64,000 bases of DNA from Fimbriosthenelais zetlandica (GCA_977030845.1 OZ365112.1:2914001-2978000), one strand, 5' to 3'; shown: positions 25,719-36,726, counted from the first letter of the stretch. The notes: generated by a model from the letters alone, not told the origin. Translations and numbers: made by a program.

Positions 25719-26200
25719 TCAGGTCATGTCATACATTAACCTGGCGTATTGCCCTTCCGATTTGAATAGGGGAATATATTTTTCATATCCTAAACGCCGC
25801 ACTATGTGTTCTTGGTTTGTTTCGACAAGTGCTAGTAGGAAGGCATTGAAGCGCCACAGTGGTCCTGTTTTGATATGATCAATAAAGGCTCCATTTTTTT
25901 CAAAATCGGTCGTCTCACTCTGTAACCAAATATTCAATTCACATTCAGACTTAACTTCTGAACAAACAACATTAATTTCTTCAACAATTTGATATACAAA
26001 CTGATATACCTTAATTATCTGCTTGATCTTCATGTCTACAACATCATACTTCTCCATAGTGGACCATGCAGGACGCAGTTGCATTTTCTCTTCCAAATTG
26101 GGCTTCTCATTTTTCAGCAGATTCTGTAATTCGCCTGATAGTTCTCTTTGCAGCTCTGGATTGTCACGATCCAGGAGAAGCATGCCTGTTTCCTTAGGTT
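25719..26200 (-). CDS. Terminal coding exon of CARD-domain gene; C-terminal CARD (death-fold) domain
   Basis: Acceptor cattgtcag|AA. The 160-aa open frame ends ...TTDFEKNGAFIDHIKTGPLWRFNAFLLALVETNQEHIVRRLG, matching the CARD helix 4-6 pattern (LLdiL..rG..AF.aFl.AL.eT.Q.hl..lL, cf. caspase-2 CARD). Minus-strand AATAAA near 25290. Confidence 0.75.
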
Positions 26201-26443
26201 CTGACAATGATGATGTTTAAATGCTTTTAAAATTGTTATACATGTATACAACGGGCATTGACGGGAAAACGTGACATTTTTGGTGAATTTTAGGTAACAG
26301 CACTGGTCATTTGTCCATTGGATGTTCAACTTTTGTTCCGAATCCACCAGAAATGATAAAACATTTCTAATCCGTGATATCAGGGGTATAAATATTTACC
26401 CTCCTTGTCTAAAACGACTGATACACTTTTGATTCTGATATAC

Positions 26444-26645
26444 CTTCACTGAACGGGGTCATGGGGAGACGGAGCAATGTTATAAAAGGTTCTAATTCAT
26501 TAAAACTGGTTAAAAGTACTGTTAGAGCCATTATGATAGGAAGCCTTCCCCAACGCTTGAAAAGCAAAAACCAAGGGTCAGAAGCCCATTTCAAAACAGC
26601 ATTGATAATTTTTCCTTTGAAACATACACCAGATTTGTCTAAACT
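26444..26645 (-). CDS. Candidate internal exon 5 of CARD gene
   Basis: Open frame (SLDKSGVCFK...PMTPFSE) after a pyrimidine tract; donor GAAG|GTATAT is phase 1, matching the terminal exon. Confidence 0.4.
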
Positions 26646-26833
26646 CTGCCACTTGCACTCACAGACAGACATGAGAAGAGAGAGTGATATATGTGTTATT
26701 GCCTTTAGTACACGTTACTGACGATTTTATATCTCAATATGTCTTTATTTATTAAATTTATACCTGTTTTATATGAATAAATCCTATTTATTTTTTTTTG
26801 TAAATCAATTTTATTCAGTAGGTGTACTGTTAC

Positions 26834-26907
26834 ATATAGTAGATATACACGTAACAACACAACAAGCCATCTCAGGGCAGAAAAAGCCCTGGTTTTCGTC
26901 CGGCTTC
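26834..26907 (-). CDS. Candidate internal exon 4 of CARD gene
   Basis: Acceptor ttgagctcag; phase 1 in, phase 0 out (TAT|GTAACA); keeps the frame (GSRTKTRAFSALRWLVVLLRVYLLY). Confidence 0.3.
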
Positions 26908-27220
26908 CTGAGCTCAAAATAAATAATACAATATGCGCGGGGTTAGTTCACTAATCACTGATAAATAAAAATAAATAAAAGAGAAAAGATGGTTTAAAAC
27001 AATGGTCTATAGTTGTCCATATATATATGCTTCCAGTCAGAAGCTACCACTTCCACTCCACTGACCAACCGTTAGAAATTATATAACTTTCCAATTGTAT
27101 CGATGCACGTCTCTATATAGACCCTAGACATTTCTATAATATATGTAATAATACGGCGAACCGTGGACTAAATACATTTAGTAGGGTATAAAGAATAACG
27201 GTAGATGTGACTATACTCAC

Positions 27221-27634
27221 CTTTTACATTGTAGCTGGAAACTTCTGACGGGTAGACGGGTATGTCTGGGTAGACGGGTATGTCTGGGTAGACGGGTATG
27301 TCTGGGTAGACGGGTATGTCTGGGTAGACGGTATGTCTGGGTAGACGGTATGTCTGGGTAGACGAGTCTACCTGGTGTTTGTGGGGTACTGAAATATTTT
27401 TTTCAAGTTCCTGAACTCTCGAATGGAGCTTGTAAAGACAAGCAAACCCAGCTATGCCTGCGCCATATTTGAGTAACTTTGAAACACCAACACCCTTGGG
27501 TTGTGTGTCACTCTTGGGTTGTGGGTAACTCTTGGGTGGTGGGTCACTCTTGGGTGGTGGGTCACTCTTGGGTGGTGGGTCACTCTTGGGTGGTGGGTCT
27601 AAATTGAGGTTCTCCAAACGTGATGTGATGCTGC
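27221..27634 (-). CDS. Exon 3, 3' part (downstream of CACTA insertion): Pro-rich PPPKSD repeats, hydrophobic segment, YPDIPV repeats
   Basis: ORF 27168-27617; donor AAAG|GTGAGT at 27221/27220; joins 30424-30460 in frame after removal of the element. Confidence 0.7.
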
Positions 27635-27636
27635 TA

Positions 27637-30423
27637 CACTGTTAAAATTTTGGAATTGATAACAGTCTGACACTGTTCCTGCAGAGAAAGTGCCACTGTT
27701 CTTGCTTGCCACTGTAAATTGGCCTTCATAACAGTGGCGCACTGTTGGTGTCGACACCGCTCACTTGCCACTGTTCCTGCAAGCTAGAAACAATGGCAAT
27801 CCCGCTGAAAACAGTGGGGCACTGTTCCTGTCATATGGTCTTGCCACTGTTACTGCACCTATAGCCAAGTTTTGCTTTCATAACAGTGGCCCACTGTTCC
27901 TGTCATAGTCTTGCCACTGTTCCTGTCATAGTCTTGCCACTGTTCCTGCAGCTATAGCCAAGTATTACCATTGCCACTGTTGATGCTCACTATCACTAAT
28001 GTCTTAATTAGCAGCCGCCATATACCAAGCCAGATAGTTTAGCATTAGACATTTTTGGGGATGGTTTGAATAGCAAGTAATATATTATTGTTAACATGTA
28101 TGTACATAATGTGCCATCAAGCATTAACACCTTTTTAAATTGACGAATTATTTGAGAAAATAGCTACAATACGTCTGGCTTGTACTGAACAAGTCAATAT
28201 AATTATGCCCCACTTCCCTCCACGCCAAGCCTGACCATGGATGTGGCTTTATAATGGCAGGGGTGAAAGCTAATTACCCTGAAATATTTAATTTGGAATT
28301 TATCAGCTTTTTATTTATTTTGTGATTCTTAAATTCGCGTTTTGGCAAAGTTTTCGTATTCCAGTTGATTGAAAGACTTTAATCTCGCGTGTCTTAATGT
28401 CACAATATGTTTTTAGTGCGGAAATCACGAAATTAAAGGGCACGCGAAATGTTAATATTTTACAGTACATGTGTACATATTTAATAAAGCTATAGGACAA
28501 TGGACGGATTAGTGTAGGCTTTATGTAGGAATGATGGGCCGTTGGTCAGTTGTACTCTGACTATTGAAGGGACAAGAGGTCTGTGGCGGACAAACATGGA
28601 CAATGAACATGTACATGGTAAGCATACTACTTTAAATAGCATACATTTGATCTTCAATTTGCTCATATTTTGGGCTTTTATTGTAGCTATAATAGACTCT
28701 ATGCGCATATCTTTTTTTCGTTTTCAGATTCAATGCCCCTCCATATTAATGAAGAATTGGACAACCACCCTCACAATCGATACTAGAAGTTAGACATGGT
28801 TTGTATATCTAATTGGGTAATACTTCCTATAGCTGTAGCTTATACTAGCATGCCGTGAGTTTAGCTCACACATTAAGTTCACACTTCCGGATGTACATAT
28901 GTATTTCTCTGAGTTCGTAAATCTGTTTTCTCATATTTCTGGCAGGAATATTAATGAAATTTGTTATATATCATTTGTCCATTTTGAAGAGGTATCTCAA
29001 TATAGAATTAAATAATAGTGAATTTTTAATTATAAAATGCATTGATGCTGGGGCGCGTCGGTTACAGAGGTGGGATTATGGTAATCCCCCAACAAGACGG
29101 TTCCTTTGAAGATGCCGGCTTTACACCCGCCCCCGCCATGTCCCACCTCTTCGGCGCCAAATTTCCCTCCACTTCATTCAATTGAATGTGATAGGCACAA
29201 CAGACATTTGAATTCAGCTAGTATGGGGTATATTTTATAAAGTTATGAACCGCCTCAATTAAAGAGTTAATTCACCTGGATTTAAAACAACGAATCTACA
29301 GGCGAAGGTCTCTATTATAATTAGTAATGAAGTGTACTTATTGGTATTTTTACAGGATGGAACTAAAGGAGTAAGGAAGAGAACTGCAAAGTTAAATGAA
29401 CCCACAAGCCTAAACCAATTCCTTCACCAAACAGATACAGAGGTGAGAAAGCCTAGGTCATTATTCTATTTTAAAGTCTGTCTGGAATACTTTTTTTTTT
29501 AAATCTAATGAAATTATCTGGCAATTCAGAAGGACAAAGATTACTAATCATATTTAAGAAAAGAATTATTCGTACAAATCAGTTGTTTTTACATTTCGGT
29601 GATTGAAAGATTGAACTGTCATCCTTCTTTACCCACCCCCGTGTACCCACCCCTTCATCACCCGGGCCTACTGGTGAGAAAGCTTCGTCCCACGGGAGAC
29701 TACATAGATGGAAACACAATAGGGCTGGCGAAATGGAGGTAATTATACATTAATATTATTTTTTAACTTGTCTGGGTTAAACACATAATGCACACACCTT
29801 TCTAGGAATTATGAATTTGCAGATAGAATTGTAAAGTTTCCCACTATTATTCATATCTGGCAAATAATCCTACTAAGAAGACACATATTGTATCATGTAC
29901 ACTATATTATCTTGCAGGGAAAGAACCACTCTCCAATCTACTTCACAAGGAAAATGACTCATATTAAATTATGGGAAAATGATGAAATGATGAATTATGG
30001 TGAATAATAATGATGTTCCCCAAAATAAAGATTAATCCCCTGGAATAGAACAGCGGGAGGGGAGGGAGGGAAGGGAAGGGATAACTGGGGTGCAAGAACA
30101 GTGGCAATACTAGTCCCAGAACAGTGGCATATAGGCAACACTAACAATGGCAAATAGATGACACCAACAGTGGCAAGTCGGAGACGCCAACAGTGGCAAG
30201 TAGGAAGCACCAACAGTGGCAATTAGTAGACACCAACAGTGGCAATTAGTAGACACCAACAGTGGCAATTAGTAGACACCAACAGTGGCAATTAGGAGAC
30301 ACCAACAGTGGCACCATAACAGTGGCACTTCCCTTGCAGGAACCATGGTAATTTCTATCCCGATTTTGCCACTGTTGGTGCAGCTGCACCAACAGTGTCC
30401 CACTGTTAGGAATTGTAACAGTG
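27637..30423. mobile_element. Non-autonomous CACTA/EnSpm (CMC)-like DNA transposon, 2,787 bp
   Basis: Termini CACTGTTAAAATT / CACTGTTACAATT (reverse complement), 12/13 match. TA duplicated at 27635-36 and 30424-25. Dense subterminal CCACTGTT/AACAGTGG repeats at both ends (27637-27985, 30095-30423). No transposase ORF recognised. Confidence 0.85.
29356..30007 (+). CDS. Spliced cargo ORF inside the CACTA element (exons 29356-29442, 29610-29738, 29918-30007), unknown product
   Basis: Three AG/GT-bounded exons, all phase 0 and open: DGTKGVRKRTAKLNEPTSLNQFLHQTDTE / IELSSFFTHPRVPTPSSPGPTGEKASSHGRLHRWKHNRAGEME / GKNHSPIYFTRKMTHIKLWENDEMMNYGE*. AATAAA at 30024-29. Confidence 0.5.
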
Positions 30424-30460
30424 TAACTTCCCGTGTGTGTGCCGCTTGTGATGTTGTTGA
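30424..30460 (-). CDS. Exon 3, 5' part (upstream of CACTA insertion)
   Basis: Acceptor tttttaccag|TCA; reads STTSQAAHTREV and continues SSITSRLENLNLD at 27634 once the element and one TA are removed. Confidence 0.7.
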
Positions 30461-30946
30461 CTGGTAAAAACATTCGATATGGACGAAAAATATATGATTT
30501 TAATGTAGGGAAATGTGAAAATGGAGGTCATATCAAGTAGGAATGGAAATAAGAGGAGAAAGAAATACAATTACACTGTAAAAACATCAATGCTAAGAGA
30601 AATAAATACCTTGCGCACAAAGCTTTCAGGTCTGTAGCGTTGAATGTGTCAGTGCGACTTTAGAAGTATTACATTTTAGTGGAAACACATCACATATATA
30701 ACTAGACATGATGTAGGAATGGGCTTTGATAATCAAATAAAAAAGTGTATAAGTCTACGATTCCAATAAAATAATTATGATATGATTGTTCGTTAAAAGC
30801 AAGATCATACCAAATAAAACATATTAAGATAACTTTGTTGCTTAGTTTCAAGGTCATGTAGATAGCTGTTTTAATTCGTTCTTCACATTTTACATTAGAA
30901 ACCCCACTAATAATTTCCAGGATAATACAAATAAAAGATAAAATAC

Positions 30947-31201
30947 CTTTTTTGCCCCGAGCTTGGTCTCATCCAATACAAGTGTTCGCCAGAGCATGGC
31001 CTCATCCAATTCGTTTGTTAGCGCGACCTTGACGTCATCCGCGACTACATAAGAATCTAGTTTATTTAGATATTTGAACACTAGAGGCAGGACCATAGTC
31101 CTGCTTATATAGTCGCCATTCGCCTCTATTAGCTTCTTTGTTCCATCTGGAAGTTCTTGCTCCTCGGGATTAGTAGGTGCCCCCGTAGATGAAGCCATCA
31201 T
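30947..31201 (-). CDS. First coding exon (exon 2) of CARD gene; N-terminal CARD-like helices
   Basis: Acceptor tttctacag at 31204, ATG at 31201, donor AAG|GTATTT (phase 0). 85 aa, including KKLIEANGDYISRTMVLPLVFKYL, which loosely resembles CARD helices 1-2. Confidence 0.65.
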
Positions 31202-31384
31202 TTCTGTAGAAAAAGTGAATGTTGCTATGGGTACATGTTTTCAGAATATGATTGAATTATGCCATATCAATTTTTTACAGTAATATTTTCTCGTGAACGT
31301 ATATATTTTTATTTATTTATATAAGCTTGTGTATTGTTGGAATCCACAGTGAAGTAACCAATACAATGATAGAAGTATACTTAC

Positions 31385-31530
31385 CTTTCCGTCAGGAGCC
31401 TGTTTCAAAACAATTCTTTAGACTATGGTTATGAAACAAGTCCCAGATCCCCTTACTACCGAATTTTCTCCCCAGGAACTTAGTTGACTCGATCTCCCTG
31501 AGAAAGATACAGTATAACTGTACGGGTAGA
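31385..31530 (-). other. Probable non-coding exon 1 of CARD gene (5' boundary approximate)
   Basis: Strong donor AAG|GTAAGT at 31385/31384; contains a short hairpin MITE at 31395-31444. Confidence 0.45.
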
Positions 31531-34421
31531 AAGCAAAATGGCGGACTCTATGGAACAATATCCGAAGTTGATATAGGCCTAGATTGAAAGACATGCTTCA
31601 GGCTATTTCTAAGTTTTATCTATATGTGTCATCTATATTTGTTTTGTGTGTTGTATACATGTGCGAGTGGGGGAAAGGGGGGGGGAGGGGGGGTTACACT
31701 GTGGGGAACCGATTAGAATTAGCTAGTGGCATTTTACCGTTAAATCAGCGCCGTTTTTAAGAGTGTATCAATATGGTATTCACTGACGTTACGAAGATTT
31801 CTGTTAAAACACGAAATGAGCAAATGAGTGAAATGCAAGGTACTAGTGCTGATGTGGCGTATGATGTTATAAATAATGATGTCGAAATTGCTTTTTGCAA
31901 TTTTTTAGCATTATGACTGTACATTATAGACAATGCATGCTCCCTCTCTGACCACACTCCAACAAATTATACATTCTCCCCACCATATATTTAGACCGCT
32001 TTCCATCCATAGGTCTACAGCATAAAGATCAAGTTGAACTTATGAAGCTATGTACAGGGGAAATGAGAGCCGTAAACTCCATAGAATCGCATTGACAATG
32101 GTCACTAGGTCTTTAATTTGCAAAGCCAAGATATAATCTCCCTGCCACAAACAATGCGACCCAGAGGCAATATTTCAGTCAAGATGGGTTGAATATTTTC
32201 ACCTGCATCGATGTTGACGGCCACCAGGATCGCTCAGCTGCGTGGAATTTCTTAATGATTTGTGAGAAGATTCTGGATGAGATATCAGATCAGTGGGCGA
32301 AAGATCAGACTTCAGGGCTCAGGACTTCCGAAGATCACCGGCATCAAACATAAAAAGTGCCATCAGGCAGATTGTCCAGAAAAATCGCTTTGAGTGTCTA
32401 AGGCAATGGACACCGTTTGGAATGAGCGAATCACCAATGAAGACTTCATATCCAGCACAAAGCGATGTCTTCTGAGACCTATGGATGGAAAGCGGTCTAA
32501 ATATATGGTATGTGTGTGTAGAAACTGGACCATTGGATACCTGCCTAATTAGACACTGCATGATTGGACACTAAAGACTATATTAGACACCGTTAAATAG
32601 GACACTCAGAAAAAGTTGACACCTAGAAAATGGCATATATGTACTGTAATGAATCGTGGAAGAAAAACCAAACACCTGCTACTCCTGGAGATGTCCTCTG
32701 ATATCCTCAGATGTCCTCGGCTGACGAGACTGTCTGGATCTTACCAACGGAGGACTTTATGTGAGATAATTATGTCATAAAACTCATATAATCTGACCGG
32801 CACTTATTAAATAGGTGAAATATGGGTACAATATCCAGAGATCATATAAAGAGAAAGTACATGAGCTTCTTATCATGTCTTATCTACATTATGTTGACAT
32901 AATGACACGAGGATCTGGCATTTCTTTATAATCAGAAGTGGCCTTGTGCTGGCGGTGATGGGATATAAGGCCTGGGGGTTGGTAGCTACTGATAGCTAAC
33001 AGGAGTGGGTGGGCGGGGGGGGGGGGGGGTGAGGAGGTTGGAGGAGGTAGCTTGGTGGGTGATAGGTGCAAGATATGTTGTTTTTTCATCATATGTTACC
33101 ATCTGAAAATATTGAGATGCAATACAGGAGATATTGATATTTAGCTCATATCTGTATTTGAATAGATGACTTGGTCGGCTCTGTGTGCAGCACCAACCCC
33201 AGTTTAATTTTCATGCCTTTTTCTATCTGGTCATGCATGAATGTGGTCACGGATGGTCATGAATGGTCATGACTCTTGTGTAATATATCATGTAATAGGT
33301 GTATTTGGTCATTTGTACTTCACCTTCTGACCATTAAATCATGGAATCTGGTATTTCTAATGTCTAATGTAGCGTATAATGATTATGATAACACAATCTA
33401 AAGATTTTCAGACATAAGTTGGTAATAATGTATGCTCTGACTCATGATATTTACCGTACTGGGCGGCCATCTTGGTTTTTAGGTTAGTTTCCGAGTACAT
33501 TTGTCCTTCAAATCACTTGACCTTCAGATATGAAAAACTTCAATCTATACATGAGGTTTCTTTGAAAGACAACATCTGAATATAATTCAAACAAAGTAGG
33601 AGGTGTCTATTTATATTTTTGGATCTAATTATCGCAGGAAGACCAACAAAACGCCTAAATGCATCATTTTGTAATGCCTATTACTTGCCATTAACACTGA
33701 GCCATGGAATTTTAAAGTTTCAAATGTACTTTGCTTGACTTGGGGGCATTTTAATAACGGCATGGTAACATGAGCCATGTACCTATCTTCATTTTTTGAT
33801 AAAGGCCTCTTCGTATCAGAATGAACTATTTTGGACTTTTCGTGAAAATTACGTCAAAATCCGTGCATAACTTTTCCTGTAATGTTGCTAACTAACACTG
33901 AATACATTACCTCCCCAGCGGAGGTAATTATATTTTTAGTTTCAATTATATTCATCATTAATTTATTAGCAGTATGGAATATTGTACATTAGTTATGGTA
34001 TAGCCCTACTATGAAACACTGCCCTTTTTTAAAATGGGACATTTTATTTGCCTATTAGGAATAAGAAGCAGAAGGAATAAAATAATAATGCAGTCTATAC
34101 AGAACTACCTGCATTAATAACTTGGTTTAAGTTAATCCACGGCATGTATTTCTATACTGATTTTGTTACATCTACATGTATACATGTATGTATGTATGTA
34201 TGTATAAGACACGATATATATTATTATCTGAATGTAAACAGCACTATTAAAAGAAACCCCAGTAAACGTACCCCATTATCTGACCACTAGTTGGTCCCCT
34301 TTACTTCCAGTTGATTGGTCACCAGGTCACCCCAATTCCCGTCATGCACCTCAGTGCACACAACTGCGTGCACTGTTTAGTGCTTAACTGTTTAGCCCAT
34401 CAAGTATTCGTCACATTTATA

Positions 34422-34915
34422 CAGTGGATACTCACTAAATGAGTATCTCACTAAACCGACCATTTCAACAAAGCGACCATTCCACTAAAGCCAAGTCTCC
34501 TACGACATTAAAGCAGAAAGGGTGAGAGTTATAGATGATAGAGTTCGCTATGCACTGTTCACTAAATAGTCTGAACCAAATGTTTCCTCTTTGTTATTTC
34601 ATACTCACGAAAATGACCATGGATATTATATGATCACTAAAGTCTCATTTTGGGAGACTCATCGGCTTACTAATGCAAACGTACCCCTTGAAACTGAACC
34701 TTTAATGCTCTTATATAGACTGTTCAAACTAAGTTGGTCCGAAAGCGCAGTACAAATGTATGGTGGTTTCAAATAAACTTAGTTTGGACAGAGTGTCATT
34801 TGTGGGCTGCTTCAGAGAATAGTCCTATGTCTATGTGGTGTTATTACATTTGGTTGTGAACAGTATAAGTGAGGTGGTCGCTTTAGTGGGGAGGTGGTTA
34901 AGCGAGGTCCCACTG
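34422..34915. mobile_element. Tc1/mariner-pogo-like MITE (paralog of 22369-22867)
   Basis: TA|CAGTGG...CCACTG|TA. Confidence 0.75.
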
Positions 34916-35181
34916 TATACTGGCATTCAGTGGGCGTGGCTGGCATTCAGTGGGCGTGACTGTGAATGTGGCGGGACTAATGTGCCTAGTAACCACCAGG
35001 TGGCTTCACATCCTCTCCTGTCCTTTCAATGTCATCCTGGAAGTTGACACTTTAGGAAAGAATGTTCACACTTGTGACCAAGATGGCTGACTTTTCAAAT
35101 GTCACTCCCCAACCTCTTCAATCGTTCTGTCTTTCCAATTACTTCTTCATACCCACGCCTTCCCCTGCGTGACCACTTTTA

Positions 35182-35380
35182 TGCCGGACCCATACAGACG
35201 CGATTTGCCCAGGCGATGCAGAGCGATAGTATATTTCGATTCACACCCAAAACTTGTAATTTTGTCAGTGGTTGGTCTTAGCTAGGTGTAAATGACTTAA
35301 AATTTCAAACATTGGTTGTGTAAAGAAATATACTATCGCTCTGCATCGCTTGGGCAAATCGCCTCTGCCTGGGCTCGGCA
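35182..35380. mobile_element. PIF/Harbinger-like MITE (paralog of 23368-23568)
   Basis: Same TIRs with TTA flanks. Confidence 0.8.
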
Positions 35381-36676
35381 TTACAGGCATTTCCCATTCA
35401 AGATTCTCAATTTGTATTTTACATTTAAATATCACTAAACAAATCCAGAAATATAGGTCTGTCATTGATTTTTTTAGTACAGAAACAAATATCTTTACCC
35501 CGTTTGACTTCCTTTACCCCTTTTGACTTCCTTTACCTCTTTTCCTTTAATTCCAAACTACATATTCTCTCTGAGCCAAGAAACCATGTGGAAAAAGCCT
35601 TCCGCACTTCTGGTTGTAGATATATGTACTAGAATTGTACCCGTATTTCTATATGTTCAACTTAAGAATAGGATCATATGAACCTAAAGCACTAAGGCAG
35701 ACTACTCTCTGTAAGAGGAAGCAATCATACCCTTGGAATGAACATTTCAGCCATATAGTAAGGCGCAGTACTAAGGTAATATAATTGTAGTGACTTACTT
35801 TAAGCGCTCTTGTCCCCCTCTTATTTCATTTACCAGACACTTACATCTAAGATGAGAGGCACTCTCCTATGTGAACTACCAGAAAAGGCGAATCAGATGC
35901 CATCTTTCCTGAAGAAAGTGCTTTATTTTGAGCAAAAGGCTTTAACTTTTCATGAAAACAGGCCATTACAATTGTGCAAAAGACGCATTGTCTTAAAAAT
36001 TGTCCTGAAAACTGTAATGAAAGACACATATGTTTGTCTGAGATTTGAGAAATATATTTGGTCTTATTTGTGGTCTCATAATATTCGGAAATGTAACTCA
36101 TTTTCCATCGTATTCGGTAGTAATATGATACTTACTTTTGACAGGAAAGCCAGACGCAAAAATGTGTTTTGAAAGATAGGGCCTCGGCACTGAGATGCCT
36201 TCTCCGATGCGGGAATTCTACACCCAACGACCAAAAAACTCAAGGAATCTCATTAAGCATCTCTTGAATTTTGTGGTGGAAATTTGCCTTTGATATGAAC
36301 ATATCTGTGATTTTTTCGCGGCCATCTTTCCCGGTCTCCTCTTTCTTGGAGGGACTGTGGCCGGGGAAATAATTACATCAATTAATCTGTGAGAGCGTGG
36401 TTTCACGCTTCATTGAGCACGCCTCTTCTCCCGCCGTTGGGCATTGATTACCTCCAGGGTCCTGATCATAACTTGTTTTTCTCATTTTCCGGCTGGCAGC
36501 GGTAAACAACTTAAGCTAAACATAATATAGGTGGTGTGCGGGGAAGATGGCCAAGTACCCAACTCTAAAGCCGGTTTGCTTGATTATATGCTGATCCTGA
36601 AATAGCCGAGTACAAAGGAAGATTACCAGGAATACCTTCATGAAGTGTAACTTGTAAATGCCTCCAATAGCAACGA

Positions 36677-36726
36677 GGGGCCTGTTTCATAACAATAGGC
36701 TACGACATTGTTAAGAAACAAGTCCC
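36677..36726. mobile_element. Short hairpin MITE-like unit
   Basis: ggggcctgtttcataacaat...attgttaagaaacaagtccc inverted ends. Confidence 0.55.

Larger units (their letters stand above)
34245..35685 (+). repeat. Right copy of ~1.5-kb direct repeat
   Basis: Colinear with 22192-23770; short minisatellite and an extra ~110-bp segment near 35395-35500. Confidence 0.95.

Noticed and set aside
26461-26721. + strand 86-aa ORF
   Set aside because: Antisense shadow of candidate CARD exon 5; no splice or homology support.
30611-30658. 48-nt minus-strand exon candidate (RTDTFNATDLKALCA) that might complete the N-terminal CARD
   Set aside because: Open only as a phase 2-2 exon, while the flanking exons join in phase 0; inclusion gives stops.
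22192-35685. LTR retrotransposon interpretation of the direct repeats
   Set aside because: No TG...CA ends, no convincing PBS/PPT, no gag/pol, and the enclosed gene retains introns.
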